Shown: in pieces, positions 10,950 to 22,219 of the stretch
Layout of the letters: each line of letters starts with the position of its first letter
Position numbering within the stretch: the first letter of the stretch is position 1
DNA from: Betaproteobacteria bacterium
GTDB taxonomy: Bacteria; Pseudomonadota; Gammaproteobacteria; Burkholderiales; Burkholderiaceae_C
Direction: 5' to 3'
Length of the DNA stretch: 64,000 nt
Assembly (NCBI GenBank): GCA_028870715.1
Contig: JAGWOZ010000001.1
Coordinates: 18,216-82,215, forward strand
Position numbers and translations under genes: made by a program
Notes under the pieces: generated by a model
What the model saw: only the letters and a program-made list of their open reading frames with translations
What the model was told of the DNA's origin: nothing
Databases searched by the model: none

Positions 10950-11684
10950 ATGGCAAACCATCACGCGGCGGCAGAAGTCCTGGCGGGCAAGGAAACGCAG
11001 CTTCAAACCACATTCGGGGTCGTTGGCGCAGCGGCAATGCGCCCGCTGTCGCCGCTTCACTTGAACCAGACCGATCAATGCGACGTGACCGTCGGCCCTG
11101 ACGGCGGCACCCGCTATGCACGCGACATCAGTGTCGGCCCCGGCGAGTTCGCCTCGCCGTCGAGTGATCTGCCGACTTTGCGCGGTGGGCAGCGGGTCAT
11201 CGTCACACAAAGCCTCGCGACCGCTCTGGCTGTCGAACACGCAACAGACTTTCGCGCTGTGGCCGCGCTTGATGCAAACAACCTGCGGAACGTCGCAGGC
11301 GAACTCAAGGGCGCTGGCTGCGATGTCGTCATCGTCCCCGACAACTACGACCTCTCCCGCGCTGCCGCACGAGATGCCGCCCGTGCAACCGGCGCGAAGC
11401 TGGCAAGCCCGATGTACGGGCCGGGGCAGCGCAATTTGCTCGGCGCGCTGGCGGACTCCTTTGCCGCTATTCGCGAGCGGTTCCCTTCTCAGCTTGACAC
11501 GAACAACGTGGCGGGCACGCTTGCCAACTCCAGCGTGCGCATGTCGGAAGAGCAAGCCACGCGCATGCGCTTGGTCGCCGATCCGATCGTCGAAGCCAAG
11601 CCCTGGACGCCCGGCATGGGGAGGGCCGAGCGCATCCATGAAGTGTCCCGCGCGATGGCGACTGGCGCGGACATCGGCCGCTGA
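10950..11684 (+). CDS. Degenerate Toprim-like protein
   Basis: VIVTQSLATALAV..ATD, LDANNL, VVIVPDN; the catalytic Glu is replaced by Gln. Confidence 0.55.
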   Translation: MANHHAAAEVLAGKETQLQTTFGVVGAAAMRPLSPLHLNQTDQCDVTVGPDGGTRYARDISVGPGEFASPSSDLPTLRGGQRVIVTQSLATALAVEHATDFRAVAALDANNLRNVAGELKGAGCDVVIVPDNYDLSRAAARDAARATGAKLASPMYGPGQRNLLGALADSFAAIRERFPSQLDTNNVAGTLANSSVRMSEEQATRMRLVADPIVEAKPWTPGMGRAERIHEVSRAMATGADIGR

Positions 11685-11710
11685 TTCGCGCAACCGTAGG
11701 AGAACCCATC

Positions 11711-12511
11711 ATGTTCAAGAATCCCGATTTTGAATCCGACTTTGGCAAGCAAGGCGCAGAGCGCATGCGCCAGGAAATGGCTGCTGCGATGCGCGGCGAG
11801 CATGCCCAGTTCGCCGTTCCGGTTTTTCGGGTGATCGGCGAAACCCTGCGGCTGGACGGTGCGCAGAAGGTCGAGGTCAACCCCGACAAGGCTGCGATCT
11901 ATCCCGGGTCGCAGTTCGGTGCCGCGTCGTTCTCGATCATCCCGGTGACCGAGGCCATGCGGTTCAAGATGATGTCGGGCGAGCCGATGACCTCGAAGGA
12001 CGCGCCAGACCCGGCGGAGTTCGGGAATCAGGTCGTTGTCACGCACTCAGTCGCATCAGCGCTTGCGATTTACCACGCGACCGGCGAGCGCGCGATCGTG
12101 CTGCCGGCCTTCACGCCTGACAACATGAAGTCGGTGGCCGAATTCGCGAAGAACACGCTGAAAGCCAAGGACATCGTGGTCGTCCCCGACAACTCGGTGG
12201 CGTCGATGCGTGCGGCCCGCGAGGCGGCGAAAGCCGTGGACGGCAAGGTAGCGCAGATCGACTACGGGCCTGAGCAAAAAAATCTGCTCGGTGTGATGGC
12301 TGAGGCCCACAAGTGGGGTGATCGCCTGTTCCCGCCCTCGGAAAACATCCTGGACGAACTCAATCGCGACAAGGCTGTGCAGGACGCGGCGAGGCGCTAC
12401 ATCCGCGAGCCTATCGCCAGCGCGGTGAAGTGGGACAAGGTGCCGACGCAGACCTTGATCCAGGGACGGCCTGTTTCCGTGCAACGCCAGGCGGCTGACG
12501 TCGAGCGGTAA
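11711..12511 (+). CDS. Degenerate Toprim-like protein, paralogue of the preceding gene
   Basis: [36 protein letters not shown] aligns with YGPGQRNLLG in the previous ORF. Confidence 0.55.
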   Translation: MFKNPDFESDFGKQGAERMRQEMAAAMRGEHAQFAVPVFRVIGETLRLDGAQKVEVNPDKAAIYPGSQFGAASFSIIPVTEAMRFKMMSGEPMTSKDAPDPAEFGNQVVVTHSVASALAIYHATGERAIVLPAFTPDNMKSVAEFAKNTLKAKDIVVVPDNSVASMRAAREAAKAVDGKVAQIDYGPEQKNLLGVMAEAHKWGDRLFPPSENILDELNRDKAVQDAARRYIREPIASAVKWDKVPTQTLIQGRPVSVQRQAADVER

Positions 12512-12572
12512 TGCGATTTGCCGTGACCACGCCATAACCAGTCATCACCCACTTGCTTCCCCGGAGAACCCC

Positions 12573-14219
12573 ATGTCCGCAATCGAATCCCTTGACGCCC
12601 TCATCGCCCAGGCCACAGCCGACGCTGACCCTGCGCGCAACCCGCACCCCGACGTGCAGGAAGCCCCCGCGGCAACGCCTGCCCCTGAAGCCCGTGCCGT
12701 GGAGTCCGCTCCTGCGCTGGCCAGCGCCGAAGCCGAACTTACGGTCGAGCAACAGAAGCGCCTTGACCTGCTGCACGAATACGAAGAGCAAACCGCGCCG
12801 CAACGCACGGAGCGCAACGCCGCCATCGATGCGTTCGACGCCGACTGGCGTGAGCGTTGGATGAAGCTGCAAGGCGAGATTGAAGAGGCCCGCGCGAAAC
12901 GCGCTGAATCGCTGACCGCCGAAGGGGTGGACAAGCACCTGCACGACAGCATCCTGGCGAAGGAGTCCGCGCAACTGGTCGAGGACTACGAAGCGCGCAA
13001 GGACGCAGCTGCCCGCGAGATCGACACCAAGCTGCCCAAGCCCGCCCGCTGGGTGGACTTCCTGAGCGAAAAGGCTCAAGAGAATCCGGGCGATCCTGTG
13101 CTTGACTCTCTGCTGGATGAAGCGAAAAAGGCCCCCGACCCAGGCGTCGAAGGCTTTGGTGGCACGCCTCCGAAGGCGGTCACGCTGGCCGACCTGGTGC
13201 ACAACATCGACAAGGACGGCCAGATTCACTACAAGCGCGGCCTGCGCACGGTCATCCATGATCGCGGGTCGCGCCTGGACGTTCAGCGCAACGATGACCG
13301 TGACATCGAGGCCGCGCTGAAAATCTCCGCGCAGAAGTTCGATCTGCAGAAGGGCCTGATGCTGACCGGCGACCTTGCGTTCAAGGTCAAGGCGGCCGAG
13401 ATCGCAGGCAAGCTGGGCTATCCGTTGCAGAACAGCGAGCCCGAAGTGTTGATGGCGTGGAAAAAGGGCCGCGATCAGAACCCGCAGTTCAAGCGGTCGG
13501 TCATGCCCAGTATCGAGCGCGGCATTACAGGCGATCTGGCGGTGGCGAAACCGATTGCCGAGCGTTCCGGGCCAGTTCAGCTCCGCGCTGACCCGCTGAC
13601 TGTTGGGGAGGCCGACAAGCTGGGCGTGACCCCAAACGGCGATGGCGTGGTGGTCATGCCTGCCGAGCGCGTGCTGGCCGCCGGTGCCGCGTTCCGCGAA
13701 ACGCAGAACGCCGCGCTGCGCGTGCTGGCTGAAGCGGATTTGCGCAAGCCAGATGGGGGTGTGGACATCGGCAAGCTGAAAGAGTTGGCACCGAATCTGA
13801 CCAGCGATGGCTCGCTTACCGAGCTGGCCCGTGATGTGGTGATCGTGCGGGATGACCGTGTGATCCGTACCCGCGAAGCGCTGGACAAAGAGCTTGAACC
13901 CGTGTTCAAGGTGGCCTACATGACGGCCGGCGAGCGCGTGCGCGAGAACGAAGAGGTCGCGGCCAGCATCGCCAAGGCGCAGGAAGCCGAGCGCGGCGCT
14001 GTGCAGGAACAGGCGCAGGAGGCCGACGAAAAGCGCTTGCTGGTGCGCAACGTGGACAAGTCTCTGGACAAGGAACTCGCGGAAAAAGCGGCCAAGAAAG
14101 AGGGTCGCGAGGAGAAGCAAGAACGCGAGATCAAGGCCGAAGAAAAGTCCATCCCGTCCCCTGCCGTATTCCGCTCTGGCCGCACCGGCAAGAACATGGA
14201 TATGGGCATCGGGTTCTGA
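12573..14219 (+). CDS. Coiled-coil protein with an LPD7-like domain
   Basis: [35 protein letters not shown] resembles LPD7 of polyvalent and relaxase proteins. Confidence 0.65.
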   Translation: MSAIESLDALIAQATADADPARNPHPDVQEAPAATPAPEARAVESAPALASAEAELTVEQQKRLDLLHEYEEQTAPQRTERNAAIDAFDADWRERWMKLQGEIEEARAKRAESLTAEGVDKHLHDSILAKESAQLVEDYEARKDAAAREIDTKLPKPARWVDFLSEKAQENPGDPVLDSLLDEAKKAPDPGVEGFGGTPPKAVTLADLVHNIDKDGQIHYKRGLRTVIHDRGSRLDVQRNDDRDIEAALKISAQKFDLQKGLMLTGDLAFKVKAAEIAGKLGYPLQNSEPEVLMAWKKGRDQNPQFKRSVMPSIERGITGDLAVAKPIAERSGPVQLRADPLTVGEADKLGVTPNGDGVVVMPAERVLAAGAAFRETQNAALRVLAEADLRKPDGGVDIGKLKELAPNLTSDGSLTELARDVVIVRDDRVIRTREALDKELEPVFKVAYMTAGERVRENEEVAASIAKAQEAERGAVQEQAQEADEKRLLVRNVDKSLDKELAEKAAKKEGREEKQEREIKAEEKSIPSPAVFRSGRTGKNMDMGIGF

Positions 14220-14223
14220 CGCC

Positions 14224-14427
14224 ATGTGCTCGCAAGCCGACCGCGAGCGCATCGTTATCGGCGCGCTCGCCGACGCACCCCTGCTCGTTCGCGCCCTGGC
14301 GGAATGGGTGGGGCGACCGCTTGACGGCTGCGACTGGCAAGGCGGCATTCCTTGGCGCATCGAGATCGAGATTGCGCAGTTCCTGCGCGATCTCAACCGC
14401 CCCCTTGTTGACTGGAGAAAACCATGA
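14224..14427 (+). CDS. Small hypothetical protein
   Basis: 67-codon ORF packed in the operon; its stop overlaps the next ATG (ATGA). Confidence 0.4.
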   Translation: MCSQADRERIVIGALADAPLLVRALAEWVGRPLDGCDWQGGIPWRIEIEIAQFLRDLNRPLVDWRKP

Positions 14428-14576
14428 ACGAACAACCGATTGAAATTCGCGCGCTCGATGCGCGCCACTTCGGTGTTGAAGCCGAAGCCGATCCCGGCCC
14501 CGCCGAGAACGAGGACGAACAAGCGTTGCTGGACGCGCTGGAATTGGGCGTCGAGCCCGTTGGCCTGGGAGTCTGA
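14424..14576 (+). CDS. Small acidic protein (50 aa)
   Basis: GGAG RBS; MNEQPIEIRALDARHFG..LELGVEPVGLGV; below the ORF-track cutoff, translated by hand. Confidence 0.5.
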   Translation: MNEQPIEIRALDARHFGVEAEADPGPAENEDEQALLDALELGVEPVGLGV

Positions 14577-14578
14577 TC

Positions 14579-17269
14579 ATGCAAATCGGCATCGATGACC
14601 TCAACCCTGACCTGCGCCTTGGGGTGCAGGCGTACAGCTTCCTGATGACTGATCGCGGCCCCGGAAGCTATCGCTTCTCAGATTTTGCGGACGTGATCAA
14701 CGCCCGGTATGACTCGCCGAACGCGCGGGCTATCGCAGATGCGTTCCGCGCAGTGCCGGAAGGGCGCCTGACGATCAACACAGATCGCACGGTCTCGGTC
14801 GATCTGCCTGATGCGCGAGCGATGGCGCTGCGGCAGGACGTGCTGAGCGAAACGCCGTCGGTTGCGGAAGCCCCCCCCGCTGCGCGGGGCGCACAGGCAG
14901 GGGCAAAGAGAGAGTTGCAAGACAAAGCCCCGCCGCGTGATTTCCGGCAGGAGTTCACCGACAAGGTGGTTGCTGCCATCGAATCCGGTCAAGCGCTGCC
15001 GTGGGATAAGCCCTGGCACACGATGCAGGGCCTGCCGCGCAACGCGGCGTCCGGCAAAACGTACTCGGGTGGTAACCGTGTCGTCCTGGGCCTGGTGGCG
15101 ATGGAAAAGGGCTACAACGACCCGCGCTGGATGACCGTGAAGCAGGCAAATGACCTGGGCGGGCATGTGACCAAAGGCGAAAAAGGCGTCATGATCGAGC
15201 GATGGGACACGAAACCGTTCTGGAAGCGGCTCGATGTTGAACTGAGCCTGGCCGGGCGTCGAGTTGTTGTTGACCCAAAGCGCGGCGTCACCCCCGAGGG
15301 CGTGCACCTGGTCGGCGGGCAGACCGTCGATCCAGCTCGCATCGCGGTGCGGCATGAAGAGCGGACTTCGGCTGGCGTGCTGGTTCGCGACTACACATGG
15401 AAGCAAGCCGAGCGTGCACTGGACCTGCTGGTGGGCCGAAGCTATGTCGTGTTCAACGCCGAGCAGTGCAACGGGCTGAAACTGGAGCCGCTGGCACCCC
15501 GCCAGGATATTCCGGTGGACGTGCGCGGTGAGCGGCTGATGCGGGCGATGCAGGAGGATGGCGTGCGCTTCGTGCATCAAGGGGCGAAGGCGTATTACTC
15601 CCCGGCGGGCGACTTGATTGCCCTGCCCCCGCGCGAGACGTTCAAGTCGGTGGAGGGCTACTACGGTACGGCCTTGCACGAAATGGGGCATGCCACCGGC
15701 GCTGAAAAGCGTTTGAACCGTGAAGGCATCACCGGCGGGCATACCTTCGGTTCTGAGGGGTATGCCAAGGAAGAACTGCGCGCAGAACTGTTCTCGGCGT
15801 TCATGTCTGCGGAAACGGGCATCCCGCACGACGATGACCAACACACGGCGTACCTGCAATCCTGGGCGAAGGCACTCAAGAACGACAAGAACGAAATCTT
15901 CCGGGCGGCAGCCGAAGCCGGCAAGGCCGTGGACTATGTGCTGGCGAAAGAGCGGGCGCTACAGGTGCAGGTTGAACAGCACCAATCGAATGAGGTTGAG
16001 GCTGAAATGGACACGCACGCGCTGGCGCATGAATTCACGCACACCGGCGTAACGCCGGAAGCGCCCGCCCCCACGCTTCGAGCCTCGCTTGAAGACGCCG
16101 GCTGGGCATTCAAGCCGAATACCGGCAACTATGAAAAGACCTTCCTGCTCACGAAAGACAAGGACAAGGGTGGCGAATTCACTCACGGGAAACCCGTGGC
16201 GGAGAAGGTTCTGTTCGCCAAGACGTCGGCACAGGGCCTGGTGATCGATCATGGTTGGGATGATGTGCCGGTGCCCGGCACCGTGGGGGTAGACCCCAGG
16301 GAGGCCGCCCGGCTGCTCGATGCCACCGCCAAGGAACTGCTGGCTAAGGAACACGCGCACCTGGGCGTGACCGCCGTTCGCGGGCAGAACGAACCCCTGC
16401 AGGCTGAACAGCCTGCGCCCGAAGCCAGGGAGACCGTGCCCACTGTTTTTCTCAGGAAGCCCGCCGCTGGCGCGACGATCGAACAGCGCGCATGGGGCGT
16501 GGTCAAGCCGGACATGGTCGAGCAGGCCAAGGTCGTCGAATCGCGCACAGTTTCGCCTGCCGAGTACGACGCCTTCACGCAAAACCTGTTTGCCTCGCAT
16601 GACTGGTTGAAAGACAAGGGCGGAGAGGAACAAAGGCCCGACGGCTCGGTGGTGCGCCACGTCATCGAGTTTGGCGCGGATCAGCGTCAGACGCTGCTTA
16701 TCGACCCCTCCGGGTACAACTACGCGCGCTATGTCGGCGTGCCCGTGGCGGACATCCCCGCCCTGGAGGCCAGAAAGAGCCTTGTCATCGCCTCGCCGAC
16801 CGTGGCTGCGGAGGTATCGCAGTCCACGCCCGACACCGCAGCGGAACTGAAGGCGACCTGGGCAGCAAAAGGCGTCTCGCCGGAGCGCCAATCGGAAATG
16901 CTGGCGCAGATCGAGGCAAAAGCGCAGCCAGGCGCGCAAGTCGGCCCCTTCGTGGTCGGCGCGCAAGACCCGCAAGAAAGCGCCTACGAGCGCGCCGTGC
17001 AGAACTTCGTCCGTGGTGGTGGCAACGAGAAAGACGCGCGCCGCACCCTGGACAGTGAACTGGCCGGAGACTATGACCCGAAGCACGTCCCGACCGCACT
17101 GGTGTTCCACGGCTTCGCCAAACCTGCCGAGGCCGAGAAGCTGGCTGCGGACATCATCGCCGAGGGGAACAAGCAGATGCTGGACAAGGAAGACCGTAAG
17201 GCGGGCGATCTTCAAGCCGAGCGCCCGCGTCAGCGAGCGCCGCAGGTAGGTGCTGAGCTTGAGCGTTGA
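14579..17269 (+). CDS. ardC: ArdC-like ssDNA-binding domain plus zincin metallopeptidase (polyvalent antirestriction protein)
   Basis: PWDKPW, PRNAASGKTYSGGN, WMTVKQA, VTKGEKG, VFNAEQ, AYYSP, HEMGH, YAKEELRAE, YLQSW; long extra C-terminal region. Confidence 0.85.
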   Translation: MQIGIDDLNPDLRLGVQAYSFLMTDRGPGSYRFSDFADVINARYDSPNARAIADAFRAVPEGRLTINTDRTVSVDLPDARAMALRQDVLSETPSVAEAPPAARGAQAGAKRELQDKAPPRDFRQEFTDKVVAAIESGQALPWDKPWHTMQGLPRNAASGKTYSGGNRVVLGLVAMEKGYNDPRWMTVKQANDLGGHVTKGEKGVMIERWDTKPFWKRLDVELSLAGRRVVVDPKRGVTPEGVHLVGGQTVDPARIAVRHEERTSAGVLVRDYTWKQAERALDLLVGRSYVVFNAEQCNGLKLEPLAPRQDIPVDVRGERLMRAMQEDGVRFVHQGAKAYYSPAGDLIALPPRETFKSVEGYYGTALHEMGHATGAEKRLNREGITGGHTFGSEGYAKEELRAELFSAFMSAETGIPHDDDQHTAYLQSWAKALKNDKNEIFRAAAEAGKAVDYVLAKERALQVQVEQHQSNEVEAEMDTHALAHEFTHTGVTPEAPAPTLRASLEDAGWAFKPNTGNYEKTFLLTKDKDKGGEFTHGKPVAEKVLFAKTSAQGLVIDHGWDDVPVPGTVGVDPREAARLLDATAKELLAKEHAHLGVTAVRGQNEPLQAEQPAPEARETVPTVFLRKPAAGATIEQRAWGVVKPDMVEQAKVVESRTVSPAEYDAFTQNLFASHDWLKDKGGEEQRPDGSVVRHVIEFGADQRQTLLIDPSGYNYARYVGVPVADIPALEARKSLVIASPTVAAEVSQSTPDTAAELKATWAAKGVSPERQSEMLAQIEAKAQPGAQVGPFVVGAQDPQESAYERAVQNFVRGGGNEKDARRTLDSELAGDYDPKHVPTALVFHGFAKPAEAEKLAADIIAEGNKQMLDKEDRKAGDLQAERPRQRAPQVGAELER

Positions 17270-17289
17270 CCCGGCCGCACTCAATCGTC

Positions 17290-17313
17290 AACCCGGCCTC
17301 GCGCCGGGTTTTT
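17290..17313 (+). terminator. Intrinsic terminator (ACCCGGC family)
   Basis: AACCCGGC-ctcgc-GCCGGGTT plus T run. Confidence 0.75.
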
Positions 17314-17379
17314 CTCGTTTTGCCTGGGTGTGTGCATAACCCTGTAAGCGGGCCGTCCGCTTGCCTTCCCTATCTCATC

Positions 17380-17970
17380 ATGAAAAAGCTCATTCTGGCC
17401 TCCGCCCTCGCGGCCTCTCTCATTGCCCCTGCTTTTGCGGGTGGTCTTTCCGTTTCCGGCGGCGTCGCTACGTCCAGCATTCGTGCGGGCAACGGCGCTT
17501 CGGTGTCCGTGCCGCAAGCCGTTCTCGGTGTGACCGACCAGGCGGGCGCGGTCGCTTTCGGTGGCAACCTCGCTGTCGGTCACGGCGAAGGCGTGCACGC
17601 GAGCCAGTTCTCTGCCTTCGCCGGCTTGCCCGTCGCTCTGAGCAAAACCGCCTCCGTGACGCCCTATGCCGAAGTCGGCTACGACAAGATCGGCGACTAC
17701 CGCGCGAAGCATGTCGCTGCGGGTGTCTCTGCGTTGGTCGCTGTTGGCCCGGTTGACCTGTTCGGCGGCGTCAAGGCTGGCCGGTCGTTCGGTATCGCTG
17801 GCGTGCCCGGCGCGGAAAACGGCACTTACCTTGGCGCGAATGCGGGTGTTGGCTTTGCCGCTGGCCCAGGGCTGGTGCAAGTCGCGTACGACTACACCCG
17901 CCTGCCCATGTCCGCCGGACTGAACACCAACGCGAGCCGCTTCACTGTCGGTTACGCGATGGCGTTCTGA
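17380..17970 (+). CDS. Small outer-membrane beta-barrel-like protein
   Basis: Signal peptide MKKLILAS..AFA, amphipathic beta strands, C-terminal VGYAMAF. Confidence 0.65.
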   Translation: MKKLILASALAASLIAPAFAGGLSVSGGVATSSIRAGNGASVSVPQAVLGVTDQAGAVAFGGNLAVGHGEGVHASQFSAFAGLPVALSKTASVTPYAEVGYDKIGDYRAKHVAAGVSALVAVGPVDLFGGVKAGRSFGIAGVPGAENGTYLGANAGVGFAAGPGLVQVAYDYTRLPMSAGLNTNASRFTVGYAMAF

Positions 17971-17988
17971 TCGCTTCCGCCCCCCTCG

Positions 17989-18013
17989 ACCCGGCCTCGC
18001 GCCGGGTTTTTTT
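17989..18013 (+). terminator. Intrinsic terminator (ACCCGGC family)
   Basis: ACCCGGC-ctcgc-GCCGGGT plus long T run. Confidence 0.75.
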
Positions 18014-18070
18014 CGTTTTGCCGGGCGCAGCCCATAACCCTGCATCGGAACTCAATTTGGAGAGGCGGGC

Positions 18071-20169
18071 ATGGATGAGCAATCGAAGCCGTTGCAGGGA
18101 ACTTTGACCCTGGACGAGGCGTGGAAGAAGTGGAATCACATTTCCGATGTTCATCTTTACACGGGCGTGGATGAGCAAAAACATGAGCCGTACGCAGGTT
18201 TTTACAGGCTGGGGCGGCGCGGCACGACCGATGAGGATCTCCTGAATTTCCTGGCCGAGACTGAGCATCTGCCCACATGGAAGCACGGGCTTCCGGGGGA
18301 GGATCCGCGCCCGGACCGAAGACTCGCCCCAGGTAACAGTGAACGGCTTGAAAAAGGGCTTTCACCGTTTTCCTGCGCGGAAACGATTGCCCTGGCGCTA
18401 AAGAGCGGAGCGCCTGTCGAGCGCCACGGTAGTTTGGATGATTTCCGCATCGGACAGAATGCCCGCGCCGAGGCGCTAGCCCTCAAAGCCGCGGCAGTTG
18501 CGGAACAGGATGCCGTCAAGAAAGAGGTCGTCAAAAAGCCAGCAAGGAAAAAGACGGGCTCGCCTGCGAAGGCATCGCCAAAGGCGATCAGCAAGAGCAA
18601 GTTCGGCCCGACCGACGAGCAGGCCGCCGCGATCGCTGCATTCGGCCAGGGCGGAAGCCTCAAGATCGTTGCGGGCGCCGGAACGGGTAAGACGACGACG
18701 CTCAAGATGGCCAGCGAATCCACGTCCAGGCGCGGCGTCTACATCGCATTCAACACTGCGATGGCCGACGATGCGAAGCGGCGAATGCCGAAGAATGTTG
18801 CGGCCTCGACCGCGCATTCCATGGCGTTCCGCGCAGTCGATCCAGGTTTTCGCAGCAAGATCGGCTCGCGCTTGCCGGCCAGCATGGCGGCAGAAGCGGG
18901 CGGTGTCCGCAGCATGATCGAACTCCCCGGAAAGAACAAGGACGGGGCGCAGTTGGTGATTTCTCAGGCGACGGCGGGCTACCTCATGCTCGATTGGGCG
19001 CGTCGGCACTGCATGGGCGCCGATGCGCAAATCACGCAAGACAGCGCCCCAGTCGCTCGCATGCTGGGCATCATGGGCATCGCCCGCGAGGACGCCACGC
19101 CTGGCGACTGGAAGCAGGCGCGGGACATCGCAGGCGCGTTGCTGCCCGCAACGGAAAAACTTTGGGGCCGCATGAGCAATCCGCGCGATGCATTTCCCGC
19201 CTCGCACGACACCTATCTCAAGGTGTGGGCGACCTCGAACCCGAAAATCGACGCCGATTTCATTCTGTTCGATGAGGCGCAGGATGCCAATGCGCTCATG
19301 CTGCAAATCGTCGGCGCTCAGTCCGCACAGAAAGTCTATGTGGGTGACCCGAATCAGCAAATCTATGCTTGGCGTGGTGCGGTCAATGCGATGCAAAGCA
19401 TCCAGACCGACCACGAAACCCGGCTTACGGAATCGTTCCGCTTCGGCCCGGAAATTGCTGAGTTTGCCAACCGCGCCCTTGCGCTCTGCGGTTCTGATAT
19501 GCGCCTGACCGGCAAGGCCCCCCTGGCCGCGATTTCAGCCGCGACGGCAAGCCCATGTCCGCAACGATTTGCCGAACAAACGCATCGGTCATTCAGGCGC
19601 TGGTGGAGGTCCCGGACATTTCGCGGACACACATTGTCGGCGGAACCGCGCAGATTGTCGGGCTGCTGAAGGGCATGGGAGACCTGCGCGACAAGAACAG
19701 CACCAGCAACCCGGAGTTGTGCCACTTCAAGGGCTGGGGCGAACTTTGTGCCCATGCCGAATCGGAGACCGATGATCTCTCGTCACTATTCAAACTCACG
19801 GAGTCCGGTCAACGCATCGAGCCCCTGATCGGCATGCTAGAAAAAACGGCGATCGTCGCCAGGCCCGATTCGCATGTGATTTCGACCGGGCATAAATGCA
19901 AGGGACTGGAATGGGCCGATGTGGACCTGGCTGGGGATTTTCGTACGCCGGCCCATGCACGCTGGTCCGCCGAGGAAGCCAATCTGCTGTATGTCGCAGG
20001 CACACGCGGCATGCGGTCGCTCGCCCTGGATGGCGCACTCACCGCGGGCCTTGAAAGCAAGCCGAGCTACCGCGAAGCAACCCAGCCGCAGCGCGAACCT
20101 GAATCAGATCGCGCCAAGAAACAACATTCACGCGCCCGCGCTGCCGAAGAAATGGGTGTGGGACTTTGA
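18071..20169 (+). pseudogene. UvrD-like SF1 helicase split by a frameshift at the C6 run 19518-19523
   Basis: Motifs AGAGTGKTT, DEAQD, GDPNQQIYAWRGA, LTESFRFG in 18071-19669; ICRTNA, STGHKCKGLEW, NLLYVAGTR in the -1 frame (19555-20169). Confidence 0.75.
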
Positions 20170-20188
20170 AGCCACAAGAGGCAAGAAC

Positions 20189-22078
20189 ATGACTGACCAT
20201 TCCAACCAACCGAATCTGTACCACATTCCCCGCGCGCAGAAGGACATCACGCGCTTTGTCTGGACGGCCCTGGGCCTGTTCACGATGATCGTGCTGGTAT
20301 CGATGTGGGCGGCCACGGAGTACGCAGCATGGGCATTGCAGTGGAGTCCGATGCTGGGCAAGCCGATGATCGCGCCAGCCGTGCATTTCCCGTTTGACAT
20401 CCTGATCTGGACGTGGAAATACAACTCGCTTGATTACGGCCTGGCCGTCATGAAGGTGTTCGAGAACGCGCACCTGATCATGGGCGTGGGCGGCCTGCTG
20501 TCACTGCTGCTGCCGGTCGTCCTGGCCTTCCGGCGCACCCGCAAGGCGGCGAACGAAAAGAACGACCTGCACGGCTCGGCGCATTGGGCGACGCAGGAAG
20601 AGGTCGAGGAAACAGGCATCCTGCCCAGCGAGAAGAACGCGGGCGGTGTGTTCTTTGGCAACTTCGAGGACCAATATCTGCGGCATGCCGGGCCCGAGCA
20701 CATCCTGGCGTTTGCGCCGACCCGCTCGGGCAAGGGCGTGGGCATCATCCTCCCGACGCTGCTGTCGTGGAAACATTCTGTGCTGGTGAACGACATCAAG
20801 GGCGAATGCTGGCATTTCACGGCGGGATTCCGCAGCAAGATGCTGGGCCAGCGCTGCATCAAGTTCGACCCGGCGAACGTCGGCTCGGCGCGATTCAACC
20901 CATTGCAGGAAATCCGCCTTGATGAGAATCTGATCAAGGACGTGCAGAACATCGCCACCATGATCGTTGACCCCGACGGCAAGGGCCTGAACGATCACTG
21001 GGCCAAGACCGGCTTTGACCTGATGACCGGGGTGATCCTGTTCGTCCTGTTGTACGACCCGATCGACGACAAGTCGCTGGCGACCGTGCAGGCCATTCTG
21101 TCCGACGGCGGGCCAATCCGCGAGCTTGCCGAGCGGCTGTCGGAGCCCACCGATGATGAAGGGGGCGCCAAACCGCCCGAGGGCGCCGCTGCGGTCATGA
21201 CGATCATCCGGGATACCGCACTGGCGACGCTGAATGACGGCCTGGCTGATGAGCATTCCGCGCATGGCTGGCGAGCCGCCGCGCAGGCCGCGCAGTCGTT
21301 CCTGAACAAGGCCCCGAATGAGGCTTCGGGCGTGAGTTCGACAGCCCTGTCGTTCCTTGCGCTGTACCGCGACCCGATCGTGGCCGAGAACACGCGCGTG
21401 TCGGACTTCACACTGGAATCGCTGATGCAGCAGGCGACCAGCCTGTACCTGGTCGTGTCCCCTGCGGATAAAGACCGCCTGAAGCCGCTGATCCGCCTGA
21501 TCCTGAACCAGACCGTGCGCCGCCTGACAGAAAGCATGGACTTTGATGCGAGCGGCGGCAAATCGCGCTATCCGCACCGCCTGCTGCTGGCGATCGACGA
21601 ATTCCCATCGCTGGGAAAGCTGGACGTGTTCCAGGAAGCCCTGGCCTTCATCGCAGGCTACGGCATGAAAGCGCTGCTGATCGTTCAGGACTTGAGCCAG
21701 TTGTACGCGGCCTACACGAAAGACGAATCGATCATCAGCAACTGCCATATCCGTATCGCCTACGCGCCAAACAAGATCGAGACGGCGGAGTTGCTGTCGA
21801 AGATGGCGGGAACGGCGACGGTGGAACACACGCAGCGGCAGTATTCGGGCAATCGCCTGGCCGTCGTGCTGCAGAACGTCAATACCAACGAGCAGATCGT
21901 GTCACGTCCTCTGCTGACTGCGGACGAGTGTATGCGCCTGCCGCCCGAGGACGAACTGGTGTTCGTGGCCGGCCACGCGCCGATCTACGCAAAAAAGATC
22001 ATCTACTACAAAGACCCCGAGTTTGCCGCCCGCTGCGCTGTGCCGCCGCCCGAGGAAACAGGCAGGGGCAAGGATTGA
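20189..22078 (+). CDS. traG: VirD4/TraG type IV coupling protein
   Basis: N-terminal TMs, HGSAHWA, APTRSGKGVG..PTLL, DIKGE, IDEFPSLG, QDLSQL. Confidence 0.92.
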   Translation: MTDHSNQPNLYHIPRAQKDITRFVWTALGLFTMIVLVSMWAATEYAAWALQWSPMLGKPMIAPAVHFPFDILIWTWKYNSLDYGLAVMKVFENAHLIMGVGGLLSLLLPVVLAFRRTRKAANEKNDLHGSAHWATQEEVEETGILPSEKNAGGVFFGNFEDQYLRHAGPEHILAFAPTRSGKGVGIILPTLLSWKHSVLVNDIKGECWHFTAGFRSKMLGQRCIKFDPANVGSARFNPLQEIRLDENLIKDVQNIATMIVDPDGKGLNDHWAKTGFDLMTGVILFVLLYDPIDDKSLATVQAILSDGGPIRELAERLSEPTDDEGGAKPPEGAAAVMTIIRDTALATLNDGLADEHSAHGWRAAAQAAQSFLNKAPNEASGVSSTALSFLALYRDPIVAENTRVSDFTLESLMQQATSLYLVVSPADKDRLKPLIRLILNQTVRRLTESMDFDASGGKSRYPHRLLLAIDEFPSLGKLDVFQEALAFIAGYGMKALLIVQDLSQLYAAYTKDESIISNCHIRIAYAPNKIETAELLSKMAGTATVEHTQRQYSGNRLAVVLQNVNTNEQIVSRPLLTADECMRLPPEDELVFVAGHAPIYAKKIIYYKDPEFAARCAVPPPEETGRGKD

Positions 22079-22219
22079 GTCTTGCAGCTCTTTTAACCCG
22101 GCCAGCCGTGAGGTTCGCCGGGTCTTAGGCGTTTTGCCGGGTGCTGCGCATATCCCCTTGTGTGGGGCATCCGCCTCGCACTGACTGCACGGGTCACGCC
22201 GTGCCCATCTCCTGGAGAT

